54,940 nucleotides of DNA, from assembly GCF_004010195.1 (NCBI RefSeq), contig NC_057753.1, forward strand, positions 10,640,301 through 10,695,240. Reading direction: 5' to 3'. Positions within the stretch are counted from its first letter, which is position 1. Each line of letters starts with the position of its first letter. Below the pieces are notes generated by a model. That model was not told where the DNA came from, made no database searches, and saw only the letters and a list, made by a program, of their open reading frames with translations. The stretch is from Chiloscyllium plagiosum. Taxonomy: Eukaryota. Shown piece by piece: positions 1 to 10,793 of the stretch. The translations under genes and the position numbers were made by a program.

Positions 1-590
1 CTTCTGCAGCTGTATAGGGCCCTGGTGAGACCACACCTGGAGTACTGCGTGTAGTTCTGGTCTCCAAATTTGAGGAAAGACATTCTGGCTATTGAGGGAG
101 TGCAGCGTAGGTTCATGAGGTCAATTCCTGGAATGGCGGGATTACCTTACACTGAAAGACTGGGGCGACTGGGCTTGTATACCCTTGAGTTTCGAAGATT
201 GAGAGGGGATCTGATTGAGACGTATAAGATTATTAAAGGATTGGACACTCTGGCAGCAGGAAACATGTTTCTGCTGATGGGTGAGTGCCGAACCAGAGGA
301 CACAGCTTAAAAATACGGGGTAGACCATTTAGGACAGAGATGAGGAGAAACTTCTTCACCCAGAGAGTGGTGGCTGTGTGGAATGCTCTGCCACAGGGGG
401 CAGTGGAGGCCCACTCTCTGGATTCATTTAAGGAAGAGTTGGATAGAGCTCTCAAAGATAGTGGAATCAAGGGTTATGGAGATAAGGCAGGAACAGGATA
501 CTGATTAGGAATGATCAGCCATGATTATATTGAATGGTGGTGCAGGCTCGAAGGGCTGAATGGCCTACTCCCGCACCTATTGTCTATTGA
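1..590 (+). mobile_element. CR1-clade LINE 3' end (ORF2 C-terminus plus 3' UTR)
   Basis: ORF 70-504 carries the CR1 tail motifs EGVQRRF, LEFRRLRGDLIETYKI, TRGHSLK and FFTQRVV..WN.LP. Confidence 0.9.
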
Positions 591-834
591 CACTGGTGAC
601 ATTCTTATTAGTCTTTTCTGCACCCTTTCAAGTTTCCAATCCTACAGCAGGGAGACCAAAAAAGTGGCCGAACCGATGTCCTGTACAGCTGCAATATGAC
701 CTCCCAACCCCTATCCCCAATGCATTCAATGACCAAATGGCCTCTTACTGCACTGCTGGGATTTAATGATTTTGTTTTCTGTGTCAGAGTGAATTTCAGT
801 CACTAGCTCTGGTGTATGGTGTGTCAGGGTGGGA

Positions 835-1230
835 TCATTGATACCAGAATTGCATGTAATACTCCAAACGTGGTCTAACTAATGTCCTGTACAGCTGCAA
901 CATGATCTCCCAACTCCGATATTCATTGCACTGACCAATAAAAGAAGGTGTACCAAATATGTTCTTCACTATCCATTCTATCTGCGACTCTGCTTTCAAG
1001 GAACTGTGAACCTGCCATGGAGTCATACAGCATGGAGTCATACAGCATACCTTTAGTCCAACCAGTCCATGCCAACCATAATCCGAAATTAAACTAGTCT
1101 CTCCTGCCTGCTCCTGACCTGTATCCCTCCAAATCTTTCCTTTTCATGTATTATCCAAATGTCTTTTAATTGGACCCGCATCCACCACTTCCTCAGGAAG
1201 TTCATTCCGCACATTAACCACCCTCTGTGT
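835..1230 (-). mobile_element. CR1 LINE fragments
   Basis: Minus ORF with LQLYRTLVRPRLEY; CR1 3' tail with a duplicated catggagtcatacag unit. Confidence 0.75.
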
Positions 1231-2677
1231 AAAATTAGTATTTGAATGGCAAGGGTGAGCTTGAATTGAAGTGGTCCATGAAATAAGTAGTTTCTACCAA
1301 ACCCCGTAGAGCAGGTATGGTAGCAACTCCAACTCTGGAGTCTCATAAATCACTGTTTCCATGGAATGGCGGGGGGAGTAAATTGTTGGTTTCACAGAAG
1401 AGGAGGTTTTCTGTGAGTGTGAAGCTAAAGTGAAACCTCCTGCTTTGGAAGAGAGCGAAAGGAGTTTGCAAATTATCCTCCCTTCCTCACGTGCCTCAGC
1501 TGCAGGGCAGCAGTGCAGGCCCACTGCTCCCCCCTCCCCACCATTGTGGACATCATAAAGCAGAAGTAGCCCTGTCAGTTTCAGAGTGAAACTCCCTCCC
1601 TCTGGGCAACATCTGGGAGCAAAGCAATGTCACCCCTTTCCATTCCCCATCCTGGGATGGAGAGAAAGAGAGGGAGGAAACACTGTTCACTTGTAACAAC
1701 TGGAGTGAATCCACGAAGGGAGCAGACTCTGCAAAGGTGCTCAGATGCTCACTGTCCCTCTTAAAGGTATTTTCATTGTGTATTCCCTCCGTTTGGCACG
1801 TATACAGATTGCACCTTAGAAAAGGATTGCTTCTTTCCTCATGTTCACAATTAAAAGGGTAGTCTCTCATGGAACTGAGTAGCATGTAAGTGATTGGCAC
1901 ATTGATTTCAAATGTAGACATATGTTGCTTTATATGGTGTATATCTGATATTGTTGGCTGCTGTAAAAGCTTTGTGGCTATAATTTTTCACCTAATGCAG
2001 TAATGGAGTTACTTCCCGTAATTCTTGTCATCTTTGTTATTTAATAGGACACCAGGAAGTCATTCAGCAACTTTACTGGCTTTCTTTTTTCATGTAGCCT
2101 TGACGTTTCATTATCACGTCCTTGATTTTGCTCCATTTGCAGTGCCTTTGTAGGCAGCTTGTTCCAGGTCATTGTTACTGAAATGAAGTTATCTTCCATA
2201 CACACTTAAGGCTATCTGGCTGCATGAGGGTTTTCAGATTTCTGTGTCCTAGATAATGTGTGATCAGCAGGCATCTGAGAATCTACAGGAATTTCCATTG
2301 ATGTTATGTTTATTTAACTGTACTGACAGTAATCGCTTATTTTGTGAATTTGTTTTTGCAGGAAGACATGCAGAACAAAATTTGAAAGCAAATGATCCAT
2401 CGACTTCTGACAGATCCACTTGATTTGAATATCAGCTACTGTTCAAATCAAGAAGAAATGTTTGCTTTTGTCACTTGAGAGATTTTGGACACTGGTGTGT
2501 CGGGAAGAATACTGAGACACCCAAGTGAGGGAGATTCAGTGCGCTGACTGTGAAAAGTGCTTCAAATCATTTACTCAACTTGGGGGATCAAAATCTCACC
2601 CCTCACGGTGGGGAGAGACTGAGTACGCATTCTGTTTGTAATTTAAAACACAGAGTGACACAAGGAAAGCTTTCTCC

Positions 2678-3703
2678 ATGGGGAAACCATGGAAATGTGG
2701 GGACTGTGGGAAAGGATTCCCTTATCCATCGGCGTTGGAAACCCACAGACGCATTCACACTGGGGAGAGGCCGTTCACCTGCCCCGACTGTGGAAAGGGA
2801 TTCAGTTGGCTGTGCAACCTGCTGGCACACCAGCGAGTTCACACAGGGGAGAGGCCGTTCATCTGCCATCATTGTGGGAAAGGATTCACTCAGTCGTCCC
2901 GGCTGCAGACGCACCAGCAGGTTCACACCGGGGAGAGGCCATTCTCCTGCTCTCAGTGTGAGCGGAAATTTATTGATGCATCCCACCTCCTGACACACCA
3001 GTGCATTCACACCGGGGAGAGGCCGTTCACCTGTTCCGAATGCGGGAAAGCATTCACCGTTTCTTCCAGCCTGCTCAAACACCAGCGAGTCCACACTGGG
3101 GAGAGGCCATACACCTGTTCCGTGTGCCGGAAGGGCTTCTGTCGGTTGTGGACCTTGCGGACCCACCAGAGGGTCCACACAGGAGAGAAGCCGTTCACGT
3201 GCCCAGTGTGTGGGAAAGGGTTTGCTCAGTCATCTACTCTGCTGACCCACAAGCGGGTTCACACTGGGGAGAGGCCGTTCACATGCTCTCATTGCGGGAA
3301 GGGATTCATGGATTCTTCCGCCCTGCTGACCCACCAGCGGGTCCATACTGGGGCACGGCCCTTCACCTGCCAGGAGTGCGGGAAGGCCTTCCGTCGTATG
3401 AGCAACTTGCAGACGCACCAGCGGGTCCACACAGGAGAGAGGCCTTTCACGTGCTCAGAGTGTGGGAGGGGATTCATTGATTCTTCCACCCTGCGGTCCC
3501 ACCAGCGGGTGCACACCGGGGAGAGGCCATTCACCTGTCCCAAGTGCGGGAAGGGCTTCAGTCATGTGGGCAACTTGCGGAAGCACCAACGGGTCCACAC
3601 CAGGGAGAGCCCGCTCACCTGCTCTCAGTGCGGAAAAGACTTCACCCGCTCCTCCCACCTACAGAGGCACCAGCGAATTCACATGCCATCGCAAGGGGAT
3701 TGA
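2678..3703 (+). CDS. C2H2 zinc-finger protein, type A copy A1 (12 tandem fingers, no effector domain seen)
   Basis: 341 aa ORF; 12 CxxC...HxxxH units, mostly with TGERPF linkers; ATG in tccATGg context; candidate splice acceptor ttttgcag at ~2361; AATAAA at 4125. Confidence 0.9.
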   Translation: MGKPWKCGDCGKGFPYPSALETHRRIHTGERPFTCPDCGKGFSWLCNLLAHQRVHTGERPFICHHCGKGFTQSSRLQTHQQVHTGERPFSCSQCERKFIDASHLLTHQCIHTGERPFTCSECGKAFTVSSSLLKHQRVHTGERPYTCSVCRKGFCRLWTLRTHQRVHTGEKPFTCPVCGKGFAQSSTLLTHKRVHTGERPFTCSHCGKGFMDSSALLTHQRVHTGARPFTCQECGKAFRRMSNLQTHQRVHTGERPFTCSECGRGFIDSSTLRSHQRVHTGERPFTCPKCGKGFSHVGNLRKHQRVHTRESPLTCSQCGKDFTRSSHLQRHQRIHMPSQGD

Positions 3704-3714
3704 ATGAGCAACAG

Positions 3715-4020
3715 CCTAGTGCCATTATCGACTGGACTACCAACCCAGTTCTGGGGACTCCCGGGTTTGAATCCCGCTGCAGCAGATAGTGGAATTGGAA
3801 TTTGGTCAGAAATCTGGAGTTCAGAATCTAATGATGAAGCAATTTCAGGGGGAAGAAATACCCATCTGTTTGACACATGTCCTTTTTAGGGAAGGAAACT
3901 GCCATTGCAGGAAAGAACTCACTCAGTTGCCCCAGCTGCATCCTTTACCCAATCTGTCCTATACGTGACTCCAAACCCACAGCAGTGTGGTTGATTCTTG
4001 ACTGTCCCCCTCCCCTCGGC
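3715..4020 (+). mobile_element. tRNA-derived SINE in the 3' region of type A ZNF genes
   Basis: B-box-like ggtttgaatccc. Paralogous copies at ~21046-21300 (+), ~26515-26800 (-) and ~46390-46560 (-, with ggttcgaatcc). Confidence 0.6.
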
Positions 4021-4719
4021 AAATGATTGGGAGAAACTAACTTGGATACAGTGTGTAGGTTGAAATTGCTGAATGAGGTAATACGTCCTTTGGTTTAAAT
4101 CTGTACCAGGATCCAACTACAAACAATAAAGCAAGCCTGGGGGGCAGTATGTGTGCACTTTGAGCTTGAGCTGTTTAAACAAGTGCGTCTTTTAGCTGGT
4201 GAGATCTGAAGTTGTAACAAAGTTGGGTCACAATAAAGTTGACCCAACCTTTCCATTGGACTCAGACATTGAAAGCTGTGAGATCCAGCGGTCTTTTTGT
4301 TTTAAAGCTGCTCATTTCTTTCAGCTGCTAGCACTTTCCAGTGTATCAGAAGGAGCAGCGAATGAGTAGCTAGTACCGTTAGATATTGTAAATTCTTTAT
4401 TTCTGCAGGTACTGCATTGTTTCATCAGCATTGTAAAGTTTACTGGCAGCAGCAGGAGGTGTGGGCTGTGTTCACTCAAAACAAAGATAAAAATCACAAA
4501 ACACCAGGTTATAGTCCAACAGGTTTATTTAGAAGCACTAGCATTCAGAGGGCTGCTCCTTCATCAGGTAGCTGTGGAGCAGGATCATAAGACACAGAAT
4601 TTATAGCAAAAGATCGTAGTTTCAAGCAACAGAAATGATATATTGTACTTACCTAGGTTGCTGGATTAGTGGTGCTGGAAGAGCACAGCAATTCAGGCAA
4701 AATCCGAGGACAGGCAAAG

Positions 4720-4752
4720 TCGACGTTTCGGGCAAAAGCCCTTCATCAGGAA
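4720..4752 (-). ncRNA. Minimal type I hammerhead ribozyme motif (PLE family 1)
   Basis: Reverse strand reads uuc-CUGAUGA-a-GGGC-uuuu-GCCC-GAAAC-GUC-ga. Confidence 0.75.
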
Positions 4753-4760
4753 TAAAAGCT

Positions 4761-4792
4761 TCCTGATGAAGGGCTTTTGCCCGAAACGTCGA
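4761..4792 (+). ncRNA. Minimal type I hammerhead ribozyme motif (PLE family 1)
   Basis: CTGATGA 4763-4769; stem II GGGC-TTTT-GCCC 4771-4782; GAAAC 4783-4787; GTC 4788-4790. Confidence 0.75.
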
Positions 4793-5444
4793 TTTTGCCT
4801 GTCCTCGGATTTTGCCTGTCCTCGGATGCTGCCTGAACTGCTGTGCTCTTCCAGCACCACTGATCCAGAATCTAGTTTCCAGCATCTGCAGTCATTGTTT
4901 TTACCTAAGTTGCTGTTAAGTCTTTCACCCTTTGGAATTGGTTGCATGTTTCAGTTCATTAAATGTAAATTCCAGAATTTGTTTTAAGTCACATAATCGA
5001 GATAACTTAAGATTGTATCCCAATCTTGAGTCAGACTGGTTCTATTTCCAAAATAGAAATTTATAAAATATTACATGGATTGACTGTCTGCAGATTGTGT
5101 GTTTTTTGAGCAAACTTGAATGTATCTGCAAATTCAAATTCACCCCATAGACTTAGTGTGCACGCATAAAAGAGAGATGTGCATGTGTTTGTGTGCATGC
5201 ATGCTTGGTGAAGTGTGTATGTGATGGAGTATAAGCTGGTGGAGGATGTGGTGAGTGTGTGAGAGAGAGAATGTATAGTGTAGTGGGGTCACATGTCATT
5301 TAACATGAACACAAGGTTCCAGTTGACACTATCCTCGTGTTCCAAACTTGTCTCCCACCTGCTGCTCGGCCACTAGAAACATTAAGCAGTTATACAACAC
5401 ACATTGCCAACGTACTTGGTAACACTCCAATCCATTTAAGGAAT

Positions 5445-5975
5445 GAATTTGCTTCCACAGAGTCTCCATGGTGTGGGGGTCATTGTGTCTTGGCAGCTTC
5501 AACGATCCAGTAAAGGGCTCCTCTACAGCGAGAACACTAGTCCACATTTCACTAAACAGTTAAAATTCTATCCACAGTCAGAACCCTAGAGCACTCCCAC
5601 ACAGGCTGTGTGTAATCACGGGTCTTATCAAGTCACGTTGATGTTTGAAATCATTTCCTGCAGACAAATGTATCTCCTCCTGGATTCAAATGCTGCTGAT
5701 ATTCAGGCCCTGAGTAAATTTCTTGTGAATGCCTTAACAGCAGATCCTCCTCTGCTAATGCGAAAGTGAGGACTGCAGATCAGAGTCAAAATTAGTGGTG
5801 CTGGAAAAGCACAGCAGGTCAGGCAGCATCTGAGAAACCTCGGATGCTGCCTGACCTGTTGTGCTTTTCCAGCACCACTCTAATCTTAATCCTCCTCTGC
5901 TAAGATCTTATGAGAAGAGAGTACAGATATCATTGCTGTCAGTGCAAGGCAGAAAATAGGATGAGAGAATTCTGG
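5445..5975 (-). pseudogene. Relic ZNF exon (leader and start codon only, fingers lost)
   Basis: Minus strand has a ctgacagcaatgata...ataag acceptor-like module like those of the A and B genes, cctgaatatcagc leader similarity, and PRHNDPHT-METLWK matching the MGKPWKC/VEKPWKC starts. Confidence 0.55.
5759..5888. mobile_element. Short PLE-derived hairpin insertion with 15 bp TSD
   Basis: TSD atcctcctctgctaa at 5744-5758 and 5889-5903; ~41 bp inverted arms around a 4 nt loop. Confidence 0.8.
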
Positions 5976-6549
5976 TTTGTACAGAACAGCCTTCTCTATC
6001 ATCTGCCTGAAATTTCTGTCTCACAATTAATCCACCTTTCAAAGGATTCCAACCCAAATTCATCCTTCCATCCTTCTGTTTTTGTCCAGCTCCCCTCTCC
6101 TGAAAATTGCTGACCCTCGGTTGGGTTTCTCAGCCACCTCTTACCATCCCCAGAATATCGCCCATGTCCTCTTTACTTTAGTTTTTAAAACAGAAAGGCA
6201 GTGATTTGCTGATGCCCGGACGTGAGGGTGATTGCACTCACACAGACTCTCTCCTGTCATTCACAAAAATCTGCACTGCTCGTGTACAGAGAAGGGAATG
6301 CTAGGAGTGGGTGGGATGTATTCAACACCTTTCCATTCCATTCAATCATCCCCACCATACCCCCTGTCCATTCTTTTGCTATTCCCCGTCCCTCCTCACT
6401 CACATGCCACACTGTGCACACCCGTCCATTCTATCTCCACAGCCTCTGCTCCCTGTCCAGTCCCTCATCCACCTGTGACCCCCATTCATTCCCCCTCTGT
6501 CTCCATCATTTGTCTTCCCTCATCCAGTCCCTCTCCCCACTCTCTGTCT

Positions 6550-7385
6550 NNNNNNNNNNNNNNNNNNNNNNNNNNNNNNNNNNNNNNNNNNNNNNNNNNN
6601 NNNNNNNNNNNNNNNNNNNNNNNNNNNNNNNNNNNNNNNNNNNNNNNNNNNNNNNNNNNNNNNNNNNNNNNNNNNNNNNNNNNNNNNNNNNNNNNNNNNN
6701 NNNNNNNNNNNNNNNNNNNNNNNNNNNNNNNNNNNNNNNNNNNNNNNNNNNNNNNNNNNNNNNNNNNNNNNNNNNNNNNNNNNNNNNNNNNNNNNNNNNN
6801 NNNNNNNNNNNNNNNNNNNNNNNNNNNNNNNNNNNNNNNNNNNNNNNNNNNNNNNNNNNNNNNNNNNNNNNNNNNNNNNNNNNNNNNNNNNNNNNNNNNN
6901 NNNNNNNNNNNNNNNNNNNNNNNNNNNNNNNNNNNNNNNNNNNNNNNNNNNNNNNNNNNNNNNNNNNNNNNNNNNNNNNNNNNNNNNNNNNNNNNNNNNN
7001 NNNNNNNNNNNNNNNNNNNNNNNNNNNNNNNNNNNNNNNNNNNNNNNNNNNNNNNNNNNNNNNNNNNNNNNNNNNNNNNNNNNNNNNNNNNNNNNNNNNN
7101 NNNNNNNNNNNNNNNNNNNNNNNNNNNNNNNNNNNNNNNNNNNNNNNNNNNNNNNNNNNNNNNNNNNNNNNNNNNNNNNNNNNNNNNNNNNNNNNNNNNN
7201 NNNNNNNNNNNNNNNNNNNNNNNNNNNNNNNNNNNNNNNNNNNNNNNNNNNNNNNNNNNNNNNNNNNNNNNNNNNNNNNNNNNNNNNNNNNNNNNNNNNN
7301 NNNNNNNNNNNNNNNNNNNNNNNNNNNNNNNNNNNNNNNNNNNNNNNNNNNNNNNNNNNNNNNNNNNNNNNNNNNNNNNNNNNNN
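6550..7385. other. Assembly gap
   Basis: Run of N. Confidence 1.
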
Positions 7386-7665
7386 CGAACTCAGCACCGC
7401 CTTCCTAACCTGCAATCTTCTTCCTGACCTCTCCGCCCCCACCCCACTCCGGCCTATCACGCTCACCTTGACCTCCTTCCACCTATCGCATTTCCAACGC
7501 CCCTGCCCCAAGTCCCTCCTTCCCTACCTTTTATCTTAGCCTGCTGGGCACACTTTCCTCATTCCTGAAACGTCGATTCTCCTGTTCCTTGGATGCTGCC
7601 TGACCTGCTGCGCTTTTCCAGCAACACATTTTCAGCTCTGATCTCCAGCATCTGCAGTCCTCACT
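7386..7665 (+). mobile_element. PLE 3' UTR/pLTR fragment (hammerhead core collapsed)
   Basis: attcctgaaacgtcgattctcctg..ggatgctgcctgacctgctg is the family 1 terminus with stem II deleted. Confidence 0.7.
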
Positions 7666-7669
7666 TATT

Positions 7670-7864
7670 CCTTCGATGGACCAAGCTTCAGAGGATCGGA
7701 AGGAGTGTAGTCCTCCTGCCATTGAGAACCCCCGTTATTGGCTGAATGCAGAGGTTTGACCATGAGCTTGTGAAAGCTGCTATTGCTGATCCTCTCTCTC
7801 TTTGAGTGAAGATTGTGCTTCACCCCAGACTGCAACTTCTTTCCACTATCCAACATCTGTGAGT
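7670..7864 (+). other. Putative non-coding first exon of ZNF B1
   Basis: Inverted paralogue of 43791-43975; both copies keep the donor catct|GTGAGT (7859). Confidence 0.5.
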
Positions 7865-8449
7865 ACAAACACTCTTTTCTCAAGCCCTTTTCTATTTTTT
7901 TTTCATTCTGGATTTCAGTTCTTGACTTGCAGCAAAGTTGGTTCAGGTCTGTGTCTTAATTGGCAAACACATGGCAAATGCAATAACACAGTGTGAAGTT
8001 ATAGCCTTTCCTGTGGAGAAAAATGCAGAAATGAGATGCATTGTTTAAATGGTGATATATTGGGATGTGGAGCAAGTTAGGACTGCAGATGCTGGAGATC
8101 AGATTTGAAAAGTGGCGCTGGCAAAGAACAGCAGCTCAGGCAGCATCCGAGGTGCAGGAGAGTCAAGATTTTGGGCACAAGCTCTTGTGTGGATGCACAA
8201 AGGTGCATCAGTGACCTTCTACTCAAGCCTTCTATTCCAATCAATGCCAGTTGTCAGATAGGTGCAGCAAGCAATGAGCAAGGCAAGTGGTATATTAGCA
8301 AGAGGAATTTAGTTCAGAAGTTGGGATGTCTCCCTGCAGTTATGGGATCATTGAATATATTCAATGCTGAGTTCATCTGGGTTTAGAATGTCAAAGATAG
8401 TTATGGGGGAAGGCAGGAAAATGGTTTTAAGACCAATATGGAACAGCTA

Positions 8450-10005
8450 CAGGGTATACAGCACAGAAACGGACCCTTCAGTCCAACTAGTCCGTGCTAT
8501 GTTCTCAATCGAAACTGATCCCATCTGCCAGTGATTGGCCCATATCCCTCCAAACCTTTCCTATTCATGTACTTATCCAAATGTTTTTTAAGCATTGTAA
8601 CTGTACCTGCATTCACCACTTCCTCTGGACATTCATTCCACAAACCACTTTCTTAAAAAAAGATGCTCCTTATGTCTTTTTAAAATCTTTCTCTTCTCAA
8701 CTTCAAAATTTACTCCCAAATTTTGAAATGCCCAGCCAAGGGAAAGGACGCCAGCTGGTCATCTCATCTATACCCCTCATGATTTTATAGTCCTCCATAA
8801 AGTCACCTCTCAACCTCCCATGCTCCACTGAAAAATGACTCGGTATGTTCATATCCAGTTATGATCTGTTCAATGCTGGTGCAGGCTAGAAAAAACCTAC
8901 TCCTGTCCCCAGTTCTCACACTCTGTGAGAGACCATAAAACATAGGAGCAGAAATTAGGCCATTCAGCCCATCAAGTCTGCTCCACCATTCAATCATGGC
9001 TGATAAATTTCTTAACCGCATTCTTCTGGTTTCTCCCCATAACCCTTGATCCCCTTGATACTCAAGAACCTATCTATCCAGGTCTTAAGTATACTCAGTG
9101 ACCTAGCCTCCATAGCCTTCTGTGGCAATGAATTCTATAGATTCACCACTCTCTGGATGAAGAAGTTTCTCCGTATCTCCATTCTAAAAGGTCTTCCCTT
9201 TGTTCTAATGCTGTGCCCTCAAGTCCTCGTCTCTCCTACCAATGGAAACATCTTCTCAACGTCCACTCCGTCCAGGCCATTCAGTATTCTGTATGTTTCG
9301 ATTCAATCCCCCCTGAATGTGGGCCTGTTAATCAGCATGAACCAGATCCTTCAGGATGAGGTACAGCAGGGATTAGGTTCAACAAAGTGAGAATGGAGGG
9401 AGTGTGTGTGGGATGGAGATTTTCAGCTTTTAGGGAATAAAAGAGGAAAGAAAGTTCGACATAAATTAGAATTGATCAGAAGGGGCTGAGGAGCTGCAGG
9501 TGGAGTTTAATTTAGATAAATGTGAGGTGTTGCATTTTGTAAAGGCAAATCAGGGCAGGATTTACACACTTAATGGTAAGGCCCTGGGGCATGTCCTTGA
9601 ATCAAGAGACCATGGAGTGCAGATTTGTAGTACCTTGAAAGTGGAGTCACAGGTAGACACGGTAGTGAAGAAGGCATTTGGTGTGTTTGCGTTTATTGGT
9701 CAGAGCATTGAGTACAGGGGTTGGGAGTCATGTTGTGGCTGTACAGGACATCAGTTAGACTGCATTCAGTTCTTGTCTCCCTCTATGGGAAAGATGTTGT
9801 GAAACTTTAAAACAGTTTTGAAATGATTTGCAAGGTTGTTGCCAGAGTTGGAGGGTTTGAGCTAGAGGGAGAGGCTGAAAAGACTGGCACTGTTTTCCCT
9901 CTGCATCAGAGGCTGAGGTTACCGTACAAAAGTTTATAAGGGGCATGGATAGGGTGAACAGCCAAGATCATTTCCCCAGGATAGGGGAGTCCAAAACGAG
10001 GGAGA
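8450..10005. mobile_element. Cluster of CR1 3' fragments (8450-9315 minus, 9480-10005 plus)
   Basis: MEFNLDKCEVLHF motif and CR1 tails; mirrored at 40925-42400. Confidence 0.75.
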
Positions 10006-10213
10006 CAGAGAATGAAACCTACACTGCTACCTGACACAGCAGTGAATCTGCACAGTTACTGGACATCAGAGAGCATCTAGCAAAAGTTAATGAACAGCAA
10101 AATTCACAGCTGACCTTGGAGAACCTGTAAGGGGATCTCACAGAACAGGAACAGATAAGTGCATAAGTTTTGAACATGTAAATAGCAGTAGTGAATAGAG
10201 TGGGTTCTTTCTT

Positions 10214-10690
10214 GATTAGATTAGATTAGATTACCTACAGTATGGAAACAAGTCCTTTGGCCCAACTTTAGCAGTCTTTTTGCTCTAAAAAAGTGCTCCA
10301 GGCTAACTTAGTACTTGTGTTTCATATTTTTAAAATTTAATCAAGAGACAGAGGTCAATAAAACATATTGGAGTGATACAATGGCTGAGAGTTTAGCACT
10401 CTTTGGAGAGTCAGTCCACACTGACCCTCCAAAGAGTAACCCACCTAGACTCATTTCCCTACATTTACCTCTGACTAATACACCTAACACTATGGGCAAT
10501 TTAGCACCGCCAATTCACCTAACCTGCACATCTTTGGATTGTGGGAGGAAACCGGAGCACCCGGAGGAAACCCACGCAGACATGGGGAGAATGTGCAAAC
10601 TCCACTCACACAGTTGCCCGAGGGTGAAATTGAACCTGGGTTCCTGGTGCTGTGAGGCAGCAGTGCTAAACTCTCAGCCATTGTATCACT
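10214..10690 (-). mobile_element. HE1-type tRNA-derived SINE, interrupted by an inverted templated insertion
   Basis: (gatta)n tail, V-SINE core ggaggaaaccggagcacccggagg, tRNA-like head; absent from the paralogue at ~40700. Confidence 0.85.
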
Positions 10691-10793
10691 CCAATATGTT
10701 TTATTGACCTCTGTCTCTTGATTAAATTTTAAAAATATGAAACACAAGTACTAAGTTAGCCTGGAGCACTTTTTTAGAGCAAAAAGACTGCTA
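10269..10793. repeat. Perfect 132 bp inverted repeat (10269-10400 / 10662-10793)
   Basis: The arms read as exact reverse complements and give identical N-termini in ORFs 10315+ and 10747-. Confidence 0.9.

Larger units (their letters stand above)
4664..4900. mobile_element. Palindromic PLE pLTR insertion (family 1) with ~15 bp target duplication
   Basis: Head-to-head inverted arms; flanked by ttacctaggttgctg (4649-4663) and ttacctaagttgctg (4901-4915); absent from the paralogue at ~22285. Confidence 0.8.
4485..5375 (-). mobile_element. Penelope-like element (PLE) 3' end/pLTR, family 2
   Basis: Paralogue at 22125-23070 encodes SEQRLIAKFATHEDGLN (GIY-YIG C-terminus); degenerate hammerhead core at ~4535-4570; further copies at 25850-26000 and 45985-46390. 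Confidence 0.7.

Noticed and set aside
2550..3658. Alternative-frame and antisense ORFs over the ZNF genes (also 12680-13687, 36734-37506)
   Set aside because: Shadow ORFs of the GC-rich 84 bp finger repeat; no independent protein features
6222..7539. Long ORFs of 341-435 aa, and 33794-34882
   Set aside because: They are open only because they span N gaps
10315..10747. Two opposite-strand ORFs with identical N-termini
   Set aside because: Artefact of the 132 bp inverted repeat plus SINE sequence, not genes
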